This document shows positions 28,214-38,328 of a stretch of DNA of 64,000 bases, in pieces. The notes below the pieces were generated by a model. That model saw nothing but the letters and a program-made list of their open reading frames with translations. It did no database searches and had not been told where the DNA came from. The stretch covers positions 292 to 64,291 of the forward strand of contig CAZWLD010000009.1 of the NCBI GenBank assembly GCA_964634685.1. Reading direction: 5' to 3'. The DNA comes from an uncultured Anaeroplasmatales bacterium (lineage in GTDB: Bacteria; Bacillota_I; Bacilli_A; Acholeplasmatales; JAEDCM01). Every line of letters starts with the position of its first letter. Within the stretch, counting starts at the first letter, position 1. The translations under genes were made by a program, and so were the position numbers.

Positions 28214-30748
28214 TTATTTGAAGAAATATTGTAAATATAATTCCTCATATTTATGATAAAGCTTTTGAAGCTCTTGATATTTCTTCCATTTTATAGCCTC
28301 ATCATATAAGATCTTGATCTCAAAATTAAGATTTATTATCTGACATTCTAATTGAAACAATTCTAAAAATCTTTTTTTATACAATTCATTATCGGTAAAT
28401 AGATAAGGAAGAAGATGAATCTCATAGATAAAATAATCTTGATTTTCCTTAGCTATTTTTTTGATATTTGTCTTTTTTAATGATTGCTTAAGCTCATTTA
28501 GGATTTTTTTATCCTTGCATCCATATTTGATGATTGGAAAATTTAATTTAAGACCTATAAGCTCAAGCCTATCAAAAGAAGGCTTCTTATTTTCAATCAC
28601 AACCTCGCACTTAGGAAAGATGTCATATTGATTTTGCTTACGATAATTAAAGCCCTTTAAATAATTACCACTAAAGCTAATATTGCCTCTTTTATCCTCA
28701 ATTATTACCTCTTCCTTTATTTCATAATCCATTCTATCAAGCATTCGGTAAAATTCATCCATTTCCTCTTTAGAATGACTAGACTTAGTATAATAATTTT
28801 TCTTAAATAAAAGTCGCTTTAAATCATTATTAATATCGTAATTAAAGGATTTAGGCAATGAATTCAGCTTTAGGATAGCCTCATCAAACAAGAATCGTTC
28901 CTCAAGCTCTAAGATTTCTTCATAATAATCATCAAAATCATCCGCAATTTGCGAAATCATCTCGATAGCCATATCATCATCTAAAGAAAAATAATCAAGA
29001 TTAAAAAGCTTCAAAAAATCAAATTTATCCTCATAAATAATTACATTTTCACTAGCCCTTGAGGCCGCAACATATAAAACATTAAAATAATAGCGATAAA
29101 GTGAATTCTTTTTGGTTTTGGCCTTTTTTTCAAAAATGTACTGCCATTCCTTCTTTTTACTCGAGGCTATATTATATAAAAATACATATTTAAATTCTAA
29201 ACCCTTTGCCTCATTAATGGTATAAAGATCGTGTGAAATAAAGGATAATTCTTCTTTATCTTTTTCAAGTCCTACAATCACTGCCGTATTAGGCTTATTA
29301 ATAAAGGCTTCTAATACCCTTTCTACATTCTTACCATCAAAGGATAAAATAGCATTTTTATTCGTTTCCTTCAAATTAATATCGATATAATTTTCATCAA
29401 TAGCCTTTTGCGTATTGATATATTCCTTTCTGATATCCGTAAGCCTAAGGAGAAATTGATTAATCTCTGATGATGAACGATAATTTTTCGAAAAAGGCTC
29501 AGGTACGACCAATTGCGAATCAAGCTTTTTAATTCTTGATGGTCTAAAAAGCGATGCATTAATTATTTGATTACCATCACCAATCAAGAAAATATTGTGA
29601 TTAGACATTTCAAAAAGCCTAAATATTTGAAGCTCGGTAAAATCCTGAGCCTCATCCAAAATAATCTTGTCGAAGGATTTATTCATCAAACGGAAAATAT
29701 CATTTTCATCCAATAAATTATTTCGTTCTAAATAATCTTGATAGGATGTACAAACATCATACAAATATTCTAATAGAAGGACATCAAAATCCTCAAAGTC
29801 ATTTTGCATTTCCAAAATAAAATCATTAAGGCTAAGTAAAGGTACATTCCAATCTCGATCCCAATTCGCTTTCATTCTTCCCTTGATGTCTCTTCGAATT
29901 ATTTGATAAGCTCTTAGGGAATCATAACCAAAATATTTTTGATATTTACGCATATAGGCAGTATAGCTTTCATTAGAATCCTTCCGATGCTCATTCAAAT
30001 AATCTTGATAAAATTTTAAAAAATCCTGATATGTCGCCATATTATAATCCTTAGTCAAATCATTTAAGGATTTGAAGGCACTTCTTTTAGGCTCACGATT
30101 CAATTCCATTTCAAATTCATGAAGAACCATATTTTTTAAATGATCGGTCAAGGTAATGTAAGTAATTAGGCTATCACCATTTAATTCATTGTCAAGCATT
30201 AGACGCATACTAATCAAGGTTTTTCCGGTTCCCGCATTCCCCGTAATACAGCATGGGGCCGTTAAACGTAAGCATTTTTCCTGTTTACCATCTAAAATGG
30301 CAATACATCCCCGATAGTCATATTCCTTAAAAATCTTTGTTGGATTTAAAGGCATTAAATATGAAACCTCTTTATTATAATCAAGCATATCAAGCTTGAT
30401 TTTCTTCTTGGCGGTTTGGCCTTGTTTCTTATGCTCAACCTCAATATTTAATAAACATAATAAATAATTATCATTTACATCAGAGCCATAGGAATAAATA
30501 ACTCGCGCTCCATTTGAGGCATAAAATTTATATATTTTATATTCGCGATAACAGCCTTCCATGAGCTTTGACCTTTTATCCTTAACCAAATAGGATAAAA
30601 GGCTATCATAACCTAAAGATGCTCTATCATAAAGCTCCGAAACGGTCTCATTTATTTCTTTATTTAGATTATTGTTAAGCTTCCTAAGCTTTTTTAAAAA
30701 CAATTTTGTAAATCCAATATTCTTTATGATAGTCACCTCCTTTTTCAA
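28214..30748 (-). CDS. SF1 (UvrD/Rep-like) helicase with N-terminal RelE/ParE-like domain and long C-terminal extension
   Basis: Walker A TGNAGTGKT, motif II ILDEAQDF, NYRSS, TINEAKGLEFKYVFL and LYVAASRASENVIIY. The N-terminal 105 aa (..FLKKLRKLNNNLNKEI..YKIYKFYASNGARVIYSY..LLCLLNIEVEHKKQ) follow the RelE/ParE pattern. Confidence 0.7.
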   Translation of the reverse strand: MKKEVTIIKNIGFTKLFLKKLRKLNNNLNKEINETVSELYDRASLGYDSLLSYLVKDKRSKLMEGCYREYKIYKFYASNGARVIYSYGSDVNDNYLLCLLNIEVEHKKQGQTAKKKIKLDMLDYNKEVSYLMPLNPTKIFKEYDYRGCIAILDGKQEKCLRLTAPCCITGNAGTGKTLISMRLMLDNELNGDSLITYITLTDHLKNMVLHEFEMELNREPKRSAFKSLNDLTKDYNMATYQDFLKFYQDYLNEHRKDSNESYTAYMRKYQKYFGYDSLRAYQIIRRDIKGRMKANWDRDWNVPLLSLNDFILEMQNDFEDFDVLLLEYLYDVCTSYQDYLERNNLLDENDIFRLMNKSFDKIILDEAQDFTELQIFRLFEMSNHNIFLIGDGNQIINASLFRPSRIKKLDSQLVVPEPFSKNYRSSSEINQFLLRLTDIRKEYINTQKAIDENYIDINLKETNKNAILSFDGKNVERVLEAFINKPNTAVIVGLEKDKEELSFISHDLYTINEAKGLEFKYVFLYNIASSKKKEWQYIFEKKAKTKKNSLYRYYFNVLYVAASRASENVIIYEDKFDFLKLFNLDYFSLDDDMAIEMISQIADDFDDYYEEILELEERFLFDEAILKLNSLPKSFNYDINNDLKRLLFKKNYYTKSSHSKEEMDEFYRMLDRMDYEIKEEVIIEDKRGNISFSGNYLKGFNYRKQNQYDIFPKCEVVIENKKPSFDRLELIGLKLNFPIIKYGCKDKKILNELKQSLKKTNIKKIAKENQDYFIYEIHLLPYLFTDNELYKKRFLELFQLECQIINLNFEIKILYDEAIKWKKYQELQKLYHKYEELYLQYFFK

Positions 30749-30764
30749 AAAAGACTATCCAAAA

Positions 30765-32594
30765 TTATCCCCAAACGCGATTATCCCGAAACCATTCTGA
30801 ATCCTTTAATAAAATATTATTATTACTACAATTAACAACCACATTGCCATCCTTCGTTGTAATAACAATGCTTCCGTTCATTGATTTAAAGCTTGTCCCA
30901 TCAACCAAAGAGGTCACATAAACCTTATCAGTCCATTTAGATATTCTCGTAATAAAGGCTTGCGAAGGAAAAGTATTATCATTGACACTCGTGTACTCGG
31001 TTGACCCAGCCACGCAGCAAACCGCACAAATTTTCGGCTTGATGACCTCAAGCAAAAAGCTATTAGTTGATGTTGGTGAGCCGTGATGCCCTGCCTTAAA
31101 GAAATCAACCTCTGGCAATTCATTCGAAGAAATTAACGATTCCTCGCCCTTTTCCTCTAAATCCCCCGTAAATAAATAATGGTTTTTTTCATTTTGAGTA
31201 AACAATGTACAAACAGAATAATTATTTTCATCACTTGATGATTCCTCATAAAATTTTTGATATAAAAATTCCATAATTATTCCTTCAGAAACCTCGTATT
31301 TTTTCTTGGCCCCATTTAATTCCTTAACACATTCTAAGGCCGTATAATGAGTGGTGCCCATTGTCACTAATTCCGAAACTCGAGCTTGATAATTTTGATA
31401 TATTTGTGTCGTCTTATTGGTTTTTGGAAAATCAATAATCATATCAACCTGATAGGTGTATAATAAGCCCGTTCTAGTATCACCATCTTTATTTCCATAA
31501 AAGGCCGCGATATGATCCTGATCGGCATGCGTCGCAATCACATATTCAAGCTTATTGTCCGTACAATAGTTATCAATATATTCTTTAATGATCGTTGCGG
31601 AGCCTTGACGCGAGCCAGCATCAATCAAAATATCCGTTTCTCCAGCTTTTATATAAATGGAATCTCCAGCATATTTATTTCCTAATTCCATTATGTGAAT
31701 GGATAAATCATCATTTACGGATTGTAATTCCTTAACACTGACATATCGATACAAATTAATTTCTTCATTTTCTAAATACTTGAGAGTGTATTTAATCACA
31801 TATTCGCCAATAACATTTGTATTGATATTTTCAACCTCGGAACCATTTTTATAGACTTTCCTTGTAACATAATCATTGATAATAGTTCCATTACAAACAG
31901 CCGTATAGCCGTCTTCAATATATTCAGAAAACAAATAGACATCACGATACAAAAAGCCCTTTAAAGAGAAAACGATATTGTCAGGAACATATGGCTTTTC
32001 AAGGCTAGAATTAATAACCTCAATTTCTCTTGTTAAAACATAAGATTCTTCACCATCAATAGCTAAATACTTAATATAATAAATGCCTTCCTTATCATAG
32101 GTTATTTCATCAAGAGGACGCATATATTCATCATAATAATAGGTATCAATATCTAAATCGAGGGTTGTCTCAAAACCTTCATCAATATAATCTTCATTAG
32201 GATATAAATAAACCTTGTCTCTACCCTTCAAAAAAAAGTCATGAACAAAGCCAGATGGATCTACACCCTCTCCAACCATTACCAAGCGCGTCAACGTTTG
32301 ATTAATTGGTTTATGATTCAAGGTATACGTAATTGTATAATTACCCTCCACATGACAATTGACTTCACCAGTTATTTTGACCTCATCACTGTAATCAACG
32401 CCATAGATATTGGCAAGTACGCCCTCCTCAATATATTCTTCTCCATTTTCTAAATTGACCACAGCTTCTCCCTTTAAAGAAAAGCTTACTTCCTTCGCAA
32501 AATAAACAAAGCCACCGTAAAAGCCAAAAGCAATGCCAATTAACAAAGCAATCAAAGTAAATAACAAAATCCAAAAAGCGCGACCTTTAGCCAT
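30765..32594 (-). CDS. Membrane-anchored protein with Ig-like (DUF5011-type) repeats and a ComEC-type metallo-beta-lactamase domain
   Basis: One N-terminal TM helix, G.Y.I.Y.L Ig-like repeats, and an MBL motif YVIATHADQDHI plus a late HHGS. Confidence 0.65.
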   Translation of the reverse strand: MAKGRAFWILLFTLIALLIGIAFGFYGGFVYFAKEVSFSLKGEAVVNLENGEEYIEEGVLANIYGVDYSDEVKITGEVNCHVEGNYTITYTLNHKPINQTLTRLVMVGEGVDPSGFVHDFFLKGRDKVYLYPNEDYIDEGFETTLDLDIDTYYYDEYMRPLDEITYDKEGIYYIKYLAIDGEESYVLTREIEVINSSLEKPYVPDNIVFSLKGFLYRDVYLFSEYIEDGYTAVCNGTIINDYVTRKVYKNGSEVENINTNVIGEYVIKYTLKYLENEEINLYRYVSVKELQSVNDDLSIHIMELGNKYAGDSIYIKAGETDILIDAGSRQGSATIIKEYIDNYCTDNKLEYVIATHADQDHIAAFYGNKDGDTRTGLLYTYQVDMIIDFPKTNKTTQIYQNYQARVSELVTMGTTHYTALECVKELNGAKKKYEVSEGIIMEFLYQKFYEESSSDENNYSVCTLFTQNEKNHYLFTGDLEEKGEESLISSNELPEVDFFKAGHHGSPTSTNSFLLEVIKPKICAVCCVAGSTEYTSVNDNTFPSQAFITRISKWTDKVYVTSLVDGTSFKSMNGSIVITTKDGNVVVNCSNNNILLKDSEWFRDNRVWG

Positions 32595-32596
32595 AA

Positions 32597-32950
32597 TTAC
32601 TCACCTCCGACAACGATAATGCGCCTAAGCTCAATATCATATCCGTTTTTCTTTAATACGCTCATATTCGTTGCTCGATAGGTGATGACATAGCTTCCTG
32701 TAGTATTCGTATCAACCTCGCCGGTTATGATAACCTCAATATCATCATTAAGATAATAGCCGGGGTCGGTAAAGCTACTACCCTTCTCTAAATAAATAAT
32801 ACTATCTCCCTCTAAATAAAAAATCGGATCCTTATCATCACTTGCAAAATAATAAATGCCAAAGCCAATTCCTAATCCAAGAAATAAGCCAAAAATAAAA
32901 CCTAAAACAGCTTTTCCCTTAAAATGCTTTTTGATTACTTCTTTCCCCAA
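32597..32950 (-). CDS. Small membrane-anchored Ig-like (DUF5011-type) protein
   Basis: 117 aa: a TM helix followed by one TGEVDTNTTGSYVITY-type Ig-like unit, similar to the N-terminus of the downstream gene. Confidence 0.5.
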   Translation of the reverse strand: MGKEVIKKHFKGKAVLGFIFGLFLGLGIGFGIYYFASDDKDPIFYLEGDSIIYLEKGSSFTDPGYYLNDDIEVIITGEVDTNTTGSYVITYRATNMSVLKKNGYDIELRRIIVVGGE

Positions 32951-34903
32951 TTATCTCACTCCTTTGCTTGTTTTTAACTCGATGATGATATCACGAAGCT
33001 CAGCCGCTCTTTCAAAATCTAAACGCTTAGCCGCTTCTCGCATTTCATGCTCTAAATCATCAATTGACCGTTTGAGCTCCTCCTTTGAAACCTTTTGTCC
33101 CTCCATGATTTTTTGAGAAATCTTTATTGAATCTCTAATTTCCTTAACGATTGTATGAGGAACAATACCATGAGCTTTATTATAGGCCTCTTGAATTTCT
33201 CGTCGTCGATTCGTTTCTTTAATCGCCACATCCATTGATTCACTAACACTATCGGCATACATAATAACTAAACCATTTTGATTTCGAGCCGCTCGACCGA
33301 TCGTTTGAATCAATGATCTTTCACTTCGAAGGAAGCCTTGCTTATCGGCATCAAGAATACAAACTAAGCTTACCTCAGGCAAATCTAATCCCTCTCTTAA
33401 AAGATTAATTCCCACCAAGCAATCATATTTACCCAAACGTAAATCACGCAAAATCTCAATTCGTTCTAGGGCTTTGATTTCCGAATGTAAATAGGCAACC
33501 TTAATACCTAATCCTCGAAGATAAGTTGTTAAATCCTCACTCATACGAATGGTAAGGGTTGTGATTAACACGCGCTCATTTAATGGAATTCTTTTTTGAA
33601 TTTCCGCTAAAACATCATCAATTGATCCATAGGAAGGTCTGACCTCAATTAAAGGATCTAAAAGACCAGTTGGACGAATAATTTGTTCAATGATTGGTAG
33701 ATTTTTACTTCTTTCATAATCTCCTGGGGTCGCACTACAATAAATCGCTTGATTGATTTTTTGATAGAATTCCTCAAATCGCAAAGGACGATTATCTAAG
33801 GCACTTGGAAGCCTAAAGCCATAATTAACTAAGGATTCCTTACGAGCACGGTCACCATTGTACATTCCTCGGACCTGAGGCAAGGTGACATGCGATTCAT
33901 CGACAATCAATAAAAAATCATCAGGGAAGAAATCAATCAAGGTAGCTGGTGTTTCTCCTTCTCCTCTTAAGGCAAGATGACGGGAATAATTTTCAATTCC
34001 ACTGCAGGTGCCCATTTCTTTAATCATTTCTAAATCATAATTGGTTCGCTGCTTGATGCGTTCAGCCTCAAGGAGCTTGCCCTCAGATTGAAATTTTTCA
34101 ATTTGGGAAGCTAATTCCTCCTCGATTCTTCTAATCGTTTCGTTAAGCTTATCCTTATTCGTCATAAAGTGGGTTGCTGGATAAATGGTCGCAAATTCCG
34201 TTTCCTCTAAAGCTTTTCCGGTTACACAATCAAAGATAACAATGCGGTCAATTTCATCACCAAAAAATTCAACGCGGTAGCCCTTCGCATGCTCACCCGA
34301 GGGAATGATATCCACAACATCGCCCCTAACCCTGAAGGTTCCTCTTTGAAAATCAATATCATTGCGTTCATAAACTAATTCCACAAGCTTATTAAGCAAA
34401 TTATCCCTTCCAAATTCATCGCCAACCCGTAAAAAGATAACGGAATTTTTATAATCATCAGGATCACCAATACCATAAATACAGCTAACCGAGGCAATAA
34501 CAATAACATCACGATTTGATAACAAGGAGGCTGTTGCACGATGACGCATCTCATCAATTTCATCATTAATTTGGGCATCCTTCTCAATATAGGTATCACT
34601 CGAAACAACATAAGCCTCCGGCTGATAATAATCATAATAGGAAATAAAATATTCAACACGATTCTCTGGAAAAAATTCCTTGAACTCGGAATAAAGCTGT
34701 CCCGCTAGAGTTTTATTATGGGCTAGAATCAAGGTTGGCTTTCCAACCTCCTTGATTACATTCGACATTGTGAAGGTTTTTCCGGTTCCGGTTGCGCCTA
34801 ATAAAACCTGTTCCTTGACACCTTTATTAATATTATCAACTAATTGTTTAATTGCCTCAGGTTGATCTCCTTGGGGAACAAAACTCGATTTTAGTTTAAA
34901 CAT
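32951..34903 (-). CDS. uvrB: Excinuclease ABC subunit B
   Basis: GATGTGKT Walker A, DESH box, helicase motifs and a C-terminal UVR domain (..[11 protein letters not shown]..). Confidence 0.95.
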   Translation of the reverse strand: MFKLKSSFVPQGDQPEAIKQLVDNINKGVKEQVLLGATGTGKTFTMSNVIKEVGKPTLILAHNKTLAGQLYSEFKEFFPENRVEYFISYYDYYQPEAYVVSSDTYIEKDAQINDEIDEMRHRATASLLSNRDVIVIASVSCIYGIGDPDDYKNSVIFLRVGDEFGRDNLLNKLVELVYERNDIDFQRGTFRVRGDVVDIIPSGEHAKGYRVEFFGDEIDRIVIFDCVTGKALEETEFATIYPATHFMTNKDKLNETIRRIEEELASQIEKFQSEGKLLEAERIKQRTNYDLEMIKEMGTCSGIENYSRHLALRGEGETPATLIDFFPDDFLLIVDESHVTLPQVRGMYNGDRARKESLVNYGFRLPSALDNRPLRFEEFYQKINQAIYCSATPGDYERSKNLPIIEQIIRPTGLLDPLIEVRPSYGSIDDVLAEIQKRIPLNERVLITTLTIRMSEDLTTYLRGLGIKVAYLHSEIKALERIEILRDLRLGKYDCLVGINLLREGLDLPEVSLVCILDADKQGFLRSERSLIQTIGRAARNQNGLVIMYADSVSESMDVAIKETNRRREIQEAYNKAHGIVPHTIVKEIRDSIKISQKIMEGQKVSKEELKRSIDDLEHEMREAAKRLDFERAAELRDIIIELKTSKGVR

Positions 34904-35571
34904 GATAAAGCTCCTTTCTTAAGAGGAATGATTTTTTTGGGCTTGATAAAATAAGCCGCTCCTCCTTTGATTCCCAAAGACACATAGGAATCATCTTCAA
35001 TATATAAAGCAGAATTATTTTCTAAAGCAATTCCCCCATATTCGTTAAAGCTTTCCTTTCCATTTTCATCATAATGAGGGCAACAATTAAAATGAAAAAA
35101 GCCTAAGCCTTTAATCATTTTAAAATTATAATACTTAAAATTATCCATATAAGCATCACTATCCGTGTAACAGCCATCAAAAAAACAAATAGCCCCGGCA
35201 CTAATTCCTGAAATAAAAATATTTTTTTCCATTGCTTTAGCTAAGATTTTATCAACCCCAAAGCGATAAAAATATTCAAGCATTATTTTCGTATTTCCTC
35301 CCCCAATATAAATCAAATCGGAGGATAAAATAATCGATTCTAAATCATCATAGCTTTCCTTTGTCAAGGTAATGACTTTAACAACAGCATTATATTCAGT
35401 TTCATAAATTTTTACAAAGCCATTAATATTACTTTCTTTATCTAAGGAAGCACAAGGAATATAACAAACAGCTGGATTTTTTTTATTAACCTTACTAAAA
35501 ATAAAATCATCAAATGGCTTAATGGTGCGATTTACAAAATCTCCACCGCCAATTAACATCATTCTTGACAT
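34891..35571 (-). CDS. Peptidase S51 (dipeptidase E-like) family protein
   Basis: IGGGNT and the nucleophile motif GISAGA. The protein is 226 aa and the gene overlaps uvrB by 13 nt. Confidence 0.6.
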   Translation of the reverse strand: MSRMMLIGGGDFVNRTIKPFDDFIFSKVNKKNPAVCYIPCASLDKESNINGFVKIYETEYNAVVKVITLTKESYDDLESIILSSDLIYIGGGNTKIMLEYFYRFGVDKILAKAMEKNIFISGISAGAICFFDGCYTDSDAYMDNFKYYNFKMIKGLGFFHFNCCPHYDENGKESFNEYGGIALENNSALYIEDDSYVSLGIKGGAAYFIKPKKIIPLKKGALSCLN

Positions 35572-35647
35572 AGTATCACCACTCTTATTATATCATTTTT
35601 TCTTTTGATTTTATTATTTTTTATTATATAATAATAGTGGTGATATT

Positions 35648-36307
35648 ATGATTATTATTCAATTAATTTTTCGAGGCCTTTTATTAATAGGATATACAGT
35701 ATTAGCCTTTATATATAAAGGTAAGGTTTTATCTCTTCCCTACATTTACTACCTACCTTTATTTTTATATTTTTTAGCCATTGCCTTAAAGAATTTTCTT
35801 CCAACAAAAAGAATTATTCCTTCTCATCGTTACTATAAAAGTCACTATAAAAAGAAAAGCTATGACATTAATAACGTAACTGCTTTAAATAAAAAAAGAA
35901 ATAATGGCGCCATCATCATTTTATCAATTTGGTTATTTTGCTTATCAATCTTAGGTGTTCTCCATATATTCGGATACATCAAAGCCTATCAAGTTGTTTG
36001 GTTTGTCTTTTTATTCCATTTTCTTGATTTGATTTGCCTAAACTATTGGTGTCCATTTAGAATAATTTTAAAAAACAAATGCTGTATGGATTGCCGGATT
36101 TCTAATTGGGACAATTTTTTCCGCTTCTCACCATTATTATTTATTGGTGGCTTCTTCACGACTCCCCTTGCTATTTTAGGTGTGATTTCTCTTCTTCAAT
36201 GGGAATATATGTATATGAAGCATCGCGAGCGCTTTTATCTAACGAGCAACGCCTTTAATAATTGTGCGAATTGTCGTAATGAGCATTGCAAAATGCATAA
36301 AAATTAA
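35648..36307 (+). CDS. Polytopic membrane protein with Cys clusters, unknown function
   Basis: About 5 hydrophobic helices. Cys clusters are CPFRIILKNKCCMDCRISNW and a C-terminal CANCRNEHC. No family recognised. Confidence 0.4.
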   Translation: MIIIQLIFRGLLLIGYTVLAFIYKGKVLSLPYIYYLPLFLYFLAIALKNFLPTKRIIPSHRYYKSHYKKKSYDINNVTALNKKRNNGAIIILSIWLFCLSILGVLHIFGYIKAYQVVWFVFLFHFLDLICLNYWCPFRIILKNKCCMDCRISNWDNFFRFSPLLFIGGFFTTPLAILGVISLLQWEYMYMKHRERFYLTSNAFNNCANCRNEHCKMHKN

Positions 36308-36343
36308 TTCTTGGTAAAAAATACCTATGAGAGGTGTTTTTAA

Positions 36344-37741
36344 TTGAATATTCAAGAATTATATCCTACTTCCTATTCCTTTGACATCAAAGGAATCAAT
36401 ATCGACTCAAAAATCAAAGGGCAGGAATGCCTTTTTATTTGCATTAAAGGGGAAAATTATGATGGCCATAATTATGTCAATGAAGCCATCGAAAATGGTG
36501 CGATTTGCATCATCACAGAAAAGGATTTAGATATATCCATCCCCTATATCAAGGTTTCTGATACTAAGGATGAGCTTGCCCGCATAGCCTCAATTTTCTA
36601 TCAAAATCCAAGCTCAAAAATGAATTTAATCGGGGTAACAGGAACGGATGGAAAAACAACAGTCGCAACAATCATCAAGCAGGTCGTTTTTGATACTGGC
36701 TATATTGGCACCAATGGTATTGATTATTTATGTAATCATTACTATATCAAAAACACAACACCAAATCCGATTATCATCAATTCATTTTTAAATGATATGT
36801 TCAATTCTGGCATTAAAAACTGTGCTATGGAGGTCTCTAGTCAAGCTATTTTAGGAAAAAGAATCAATTATCTTCCCTTTCAAATAGCTATTTTCACTAA
36901 TCTAACTCACGAGCATTTAGACAGCCACCATACAATGGAGGAATATTTTCAAACCAAAGCCCAGCTCTTCTCTTCTTTGGATAAGGATAGCTTAGCTATC
37001 ATCAATATTGATTCACCTTACGGCAAGAGATTAACAAAAATGACAAAAGCCAAGGTCATAACCTATAGCACACAAGAAAAAGCCACCCTAAGAGCTTTAA
37101 ATATCCGTTTTGATAGTAAAGGCTCAGTCTTTGATTTAGAATACAAATATCGAATTTACAAAAGGATTGAAACCAATTTGATTGGCAAATATAATGTTTC
37201 GAATATTTTGGCTTGTATCGGCGTTTTTTTTGATTTAGGTATTCCCTTTAAAGAAATCAGAGAAAAGCTTTCAAACCTAAAGCCAATCGAAGGACGAATG
37301 CATATGATTGAAAATGGCAAATTTTTAACCATCGTTGATTTTGCCCATACGCCCAATGCCTTATATAATCTATTAGAGACTAGTCGCAAATTCACCAAAA
37401 ATAATTTAATTATTTTATTGGGCGCCACCGGAAAAAGGGATGCCTCAAAACGATCATTAATGGGACAAATTGCGACGGAAATGGCTGATTTTGTGATTTT
37501 CACGGAGGAGGATAGCTATGATGAAGCCTTAGAAAAAATTATTGCGGATTTAACAGCCGATGTCAAAAGAGATAACTATATCATCATCCCCTCAAGAAAA
37601 GAGGCCATTAGGCACCTTAGTAAAATCGCATCCTATAATGATACGATATTAATAACTGGTAAGGGCAATGAAAAAACGATGTCCACGAGGAACACCGTTA
37701 TTGAATACAATGATATTGAGGAAATATCAAAATATCTTTAA
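36344..37741 (+). CDS. murE: UDP-N-acetylmuramoyl-L-alanyl-D-glutamate ligase (lysine- or DAP-adding)
   Basis: Mur ligase P-loop GVTGTDGKTT, DFAHTP and a C-terminal GKG motif. TTG start has GAGAGGTG upstream. Confidence 0.85.
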   Translation: MNIQELYPTSYSFDIKGINIDSKIKGQECLFICIKGENYDGHNYVNEAIENGAICIITEKDLDISIPYIKVSDTKDELARIASIFYQNPSSKMNLIGVTGTDGKTTVATIIKQVVFDTGYIGTNGIDYLCNHYYIKNTTPNPIIINSFLNDMFNSGIKNCAMEVSSQAILGKRINYLPFQIAIFTNLTHEHLDSHHTMEEYFQTKAQLFSSLDKDSLAIINIDSPYGKRLTKMTKAKVITYSTQEKATLRALNIRFDSKGSVFDLEYKYRIYKRIETNLIGKYNVSNILACIGVFFDLGIPFKEIREKLSNLKPIEGRMHMIENGKFLTIVDFAHTPNALYNLLETSRKFTKNNLIILLGATGKRDASKRSLMGQIATEMADFVIFTEEDSYDEALEKIIADLTADVKRDNYIIIPSRKEAIRHLSKIASYNDTILITGKGNEKTMSTRNTVIEYNDIEEISKYL

Positions 37742-38328
37742 TTTTTCGAGAAAATATATTTAGCAGCCTCAACTACGCCAAGCTTTGACCAACCGCTTCC
37801 ATCATAAAATTCACAAACCACGTCACCATTAGGGGCCGTTTCGATGCGAGCACAGGACGTAAACTTGATGGTTTTTCCATTAATTAATAAAAGCTGCGGA
37901 GTGGTTTCTCGATCAATTCCGTAATTTGCGGCAAAGGTTTTACCATCATCACTTCCCGCATCAATTAAATATATTTTTTTAATTCCGGCTTTTTTGGCAT
38001 ATTTATTAATAGGAGTTATACTTTCTTGACAGCTTTTGCATGTTGGCTTGCTGAAGAAAACATAAAAATCCTCAGAGGAAGCCGCAAGCTTTTTGATATC
38101 ACTATAGGTCGCTTCCTCATAAACATTACCGATAGGTAAAAATGATGATGAATATTTTCTTGAAACACTATCACCCCAGAAATAGAGAGCAAAGGTTCCA
38201 ACAGCTAGTAAGCCCACTAAAATTAAACTAATATTCACAATTGTTCTTCTCTTAAGAAAAATTCTTGGAGAAGATTTTTTTCCTGAAGAATTTTCTTTAT
38301 TTTCCACGATAATCCTCCCTTGAAACAT
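37738..38328 (-). CDS. Membrane-anchored thioredoxin-like protein
   Basis: One TM helix (aa31-52) and the CxxC motif FFSKPTCKSCQE in a thioredoxin-sized domain. Its stop codon overlaps the convergent murE stop. Confidence 0.5.
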   Translation of the reverse strand: MFQGRIIVENKENSSGKKSSPRIFLKRRTIVNISLILVGLLAVGTFALYFWGDSVSRKYSSSFLPIGNVYEEATYSDIKKLAASSEDFYVFFSKPTCKSCQESITPINKYAKKAGIKKIYLIDAGSDDGKTFAANYGIDRETTPQLLLINGKTIKFTSCARIETAPNGDVVCEFYDGSGWSKLGVVEAAKYIFSKN

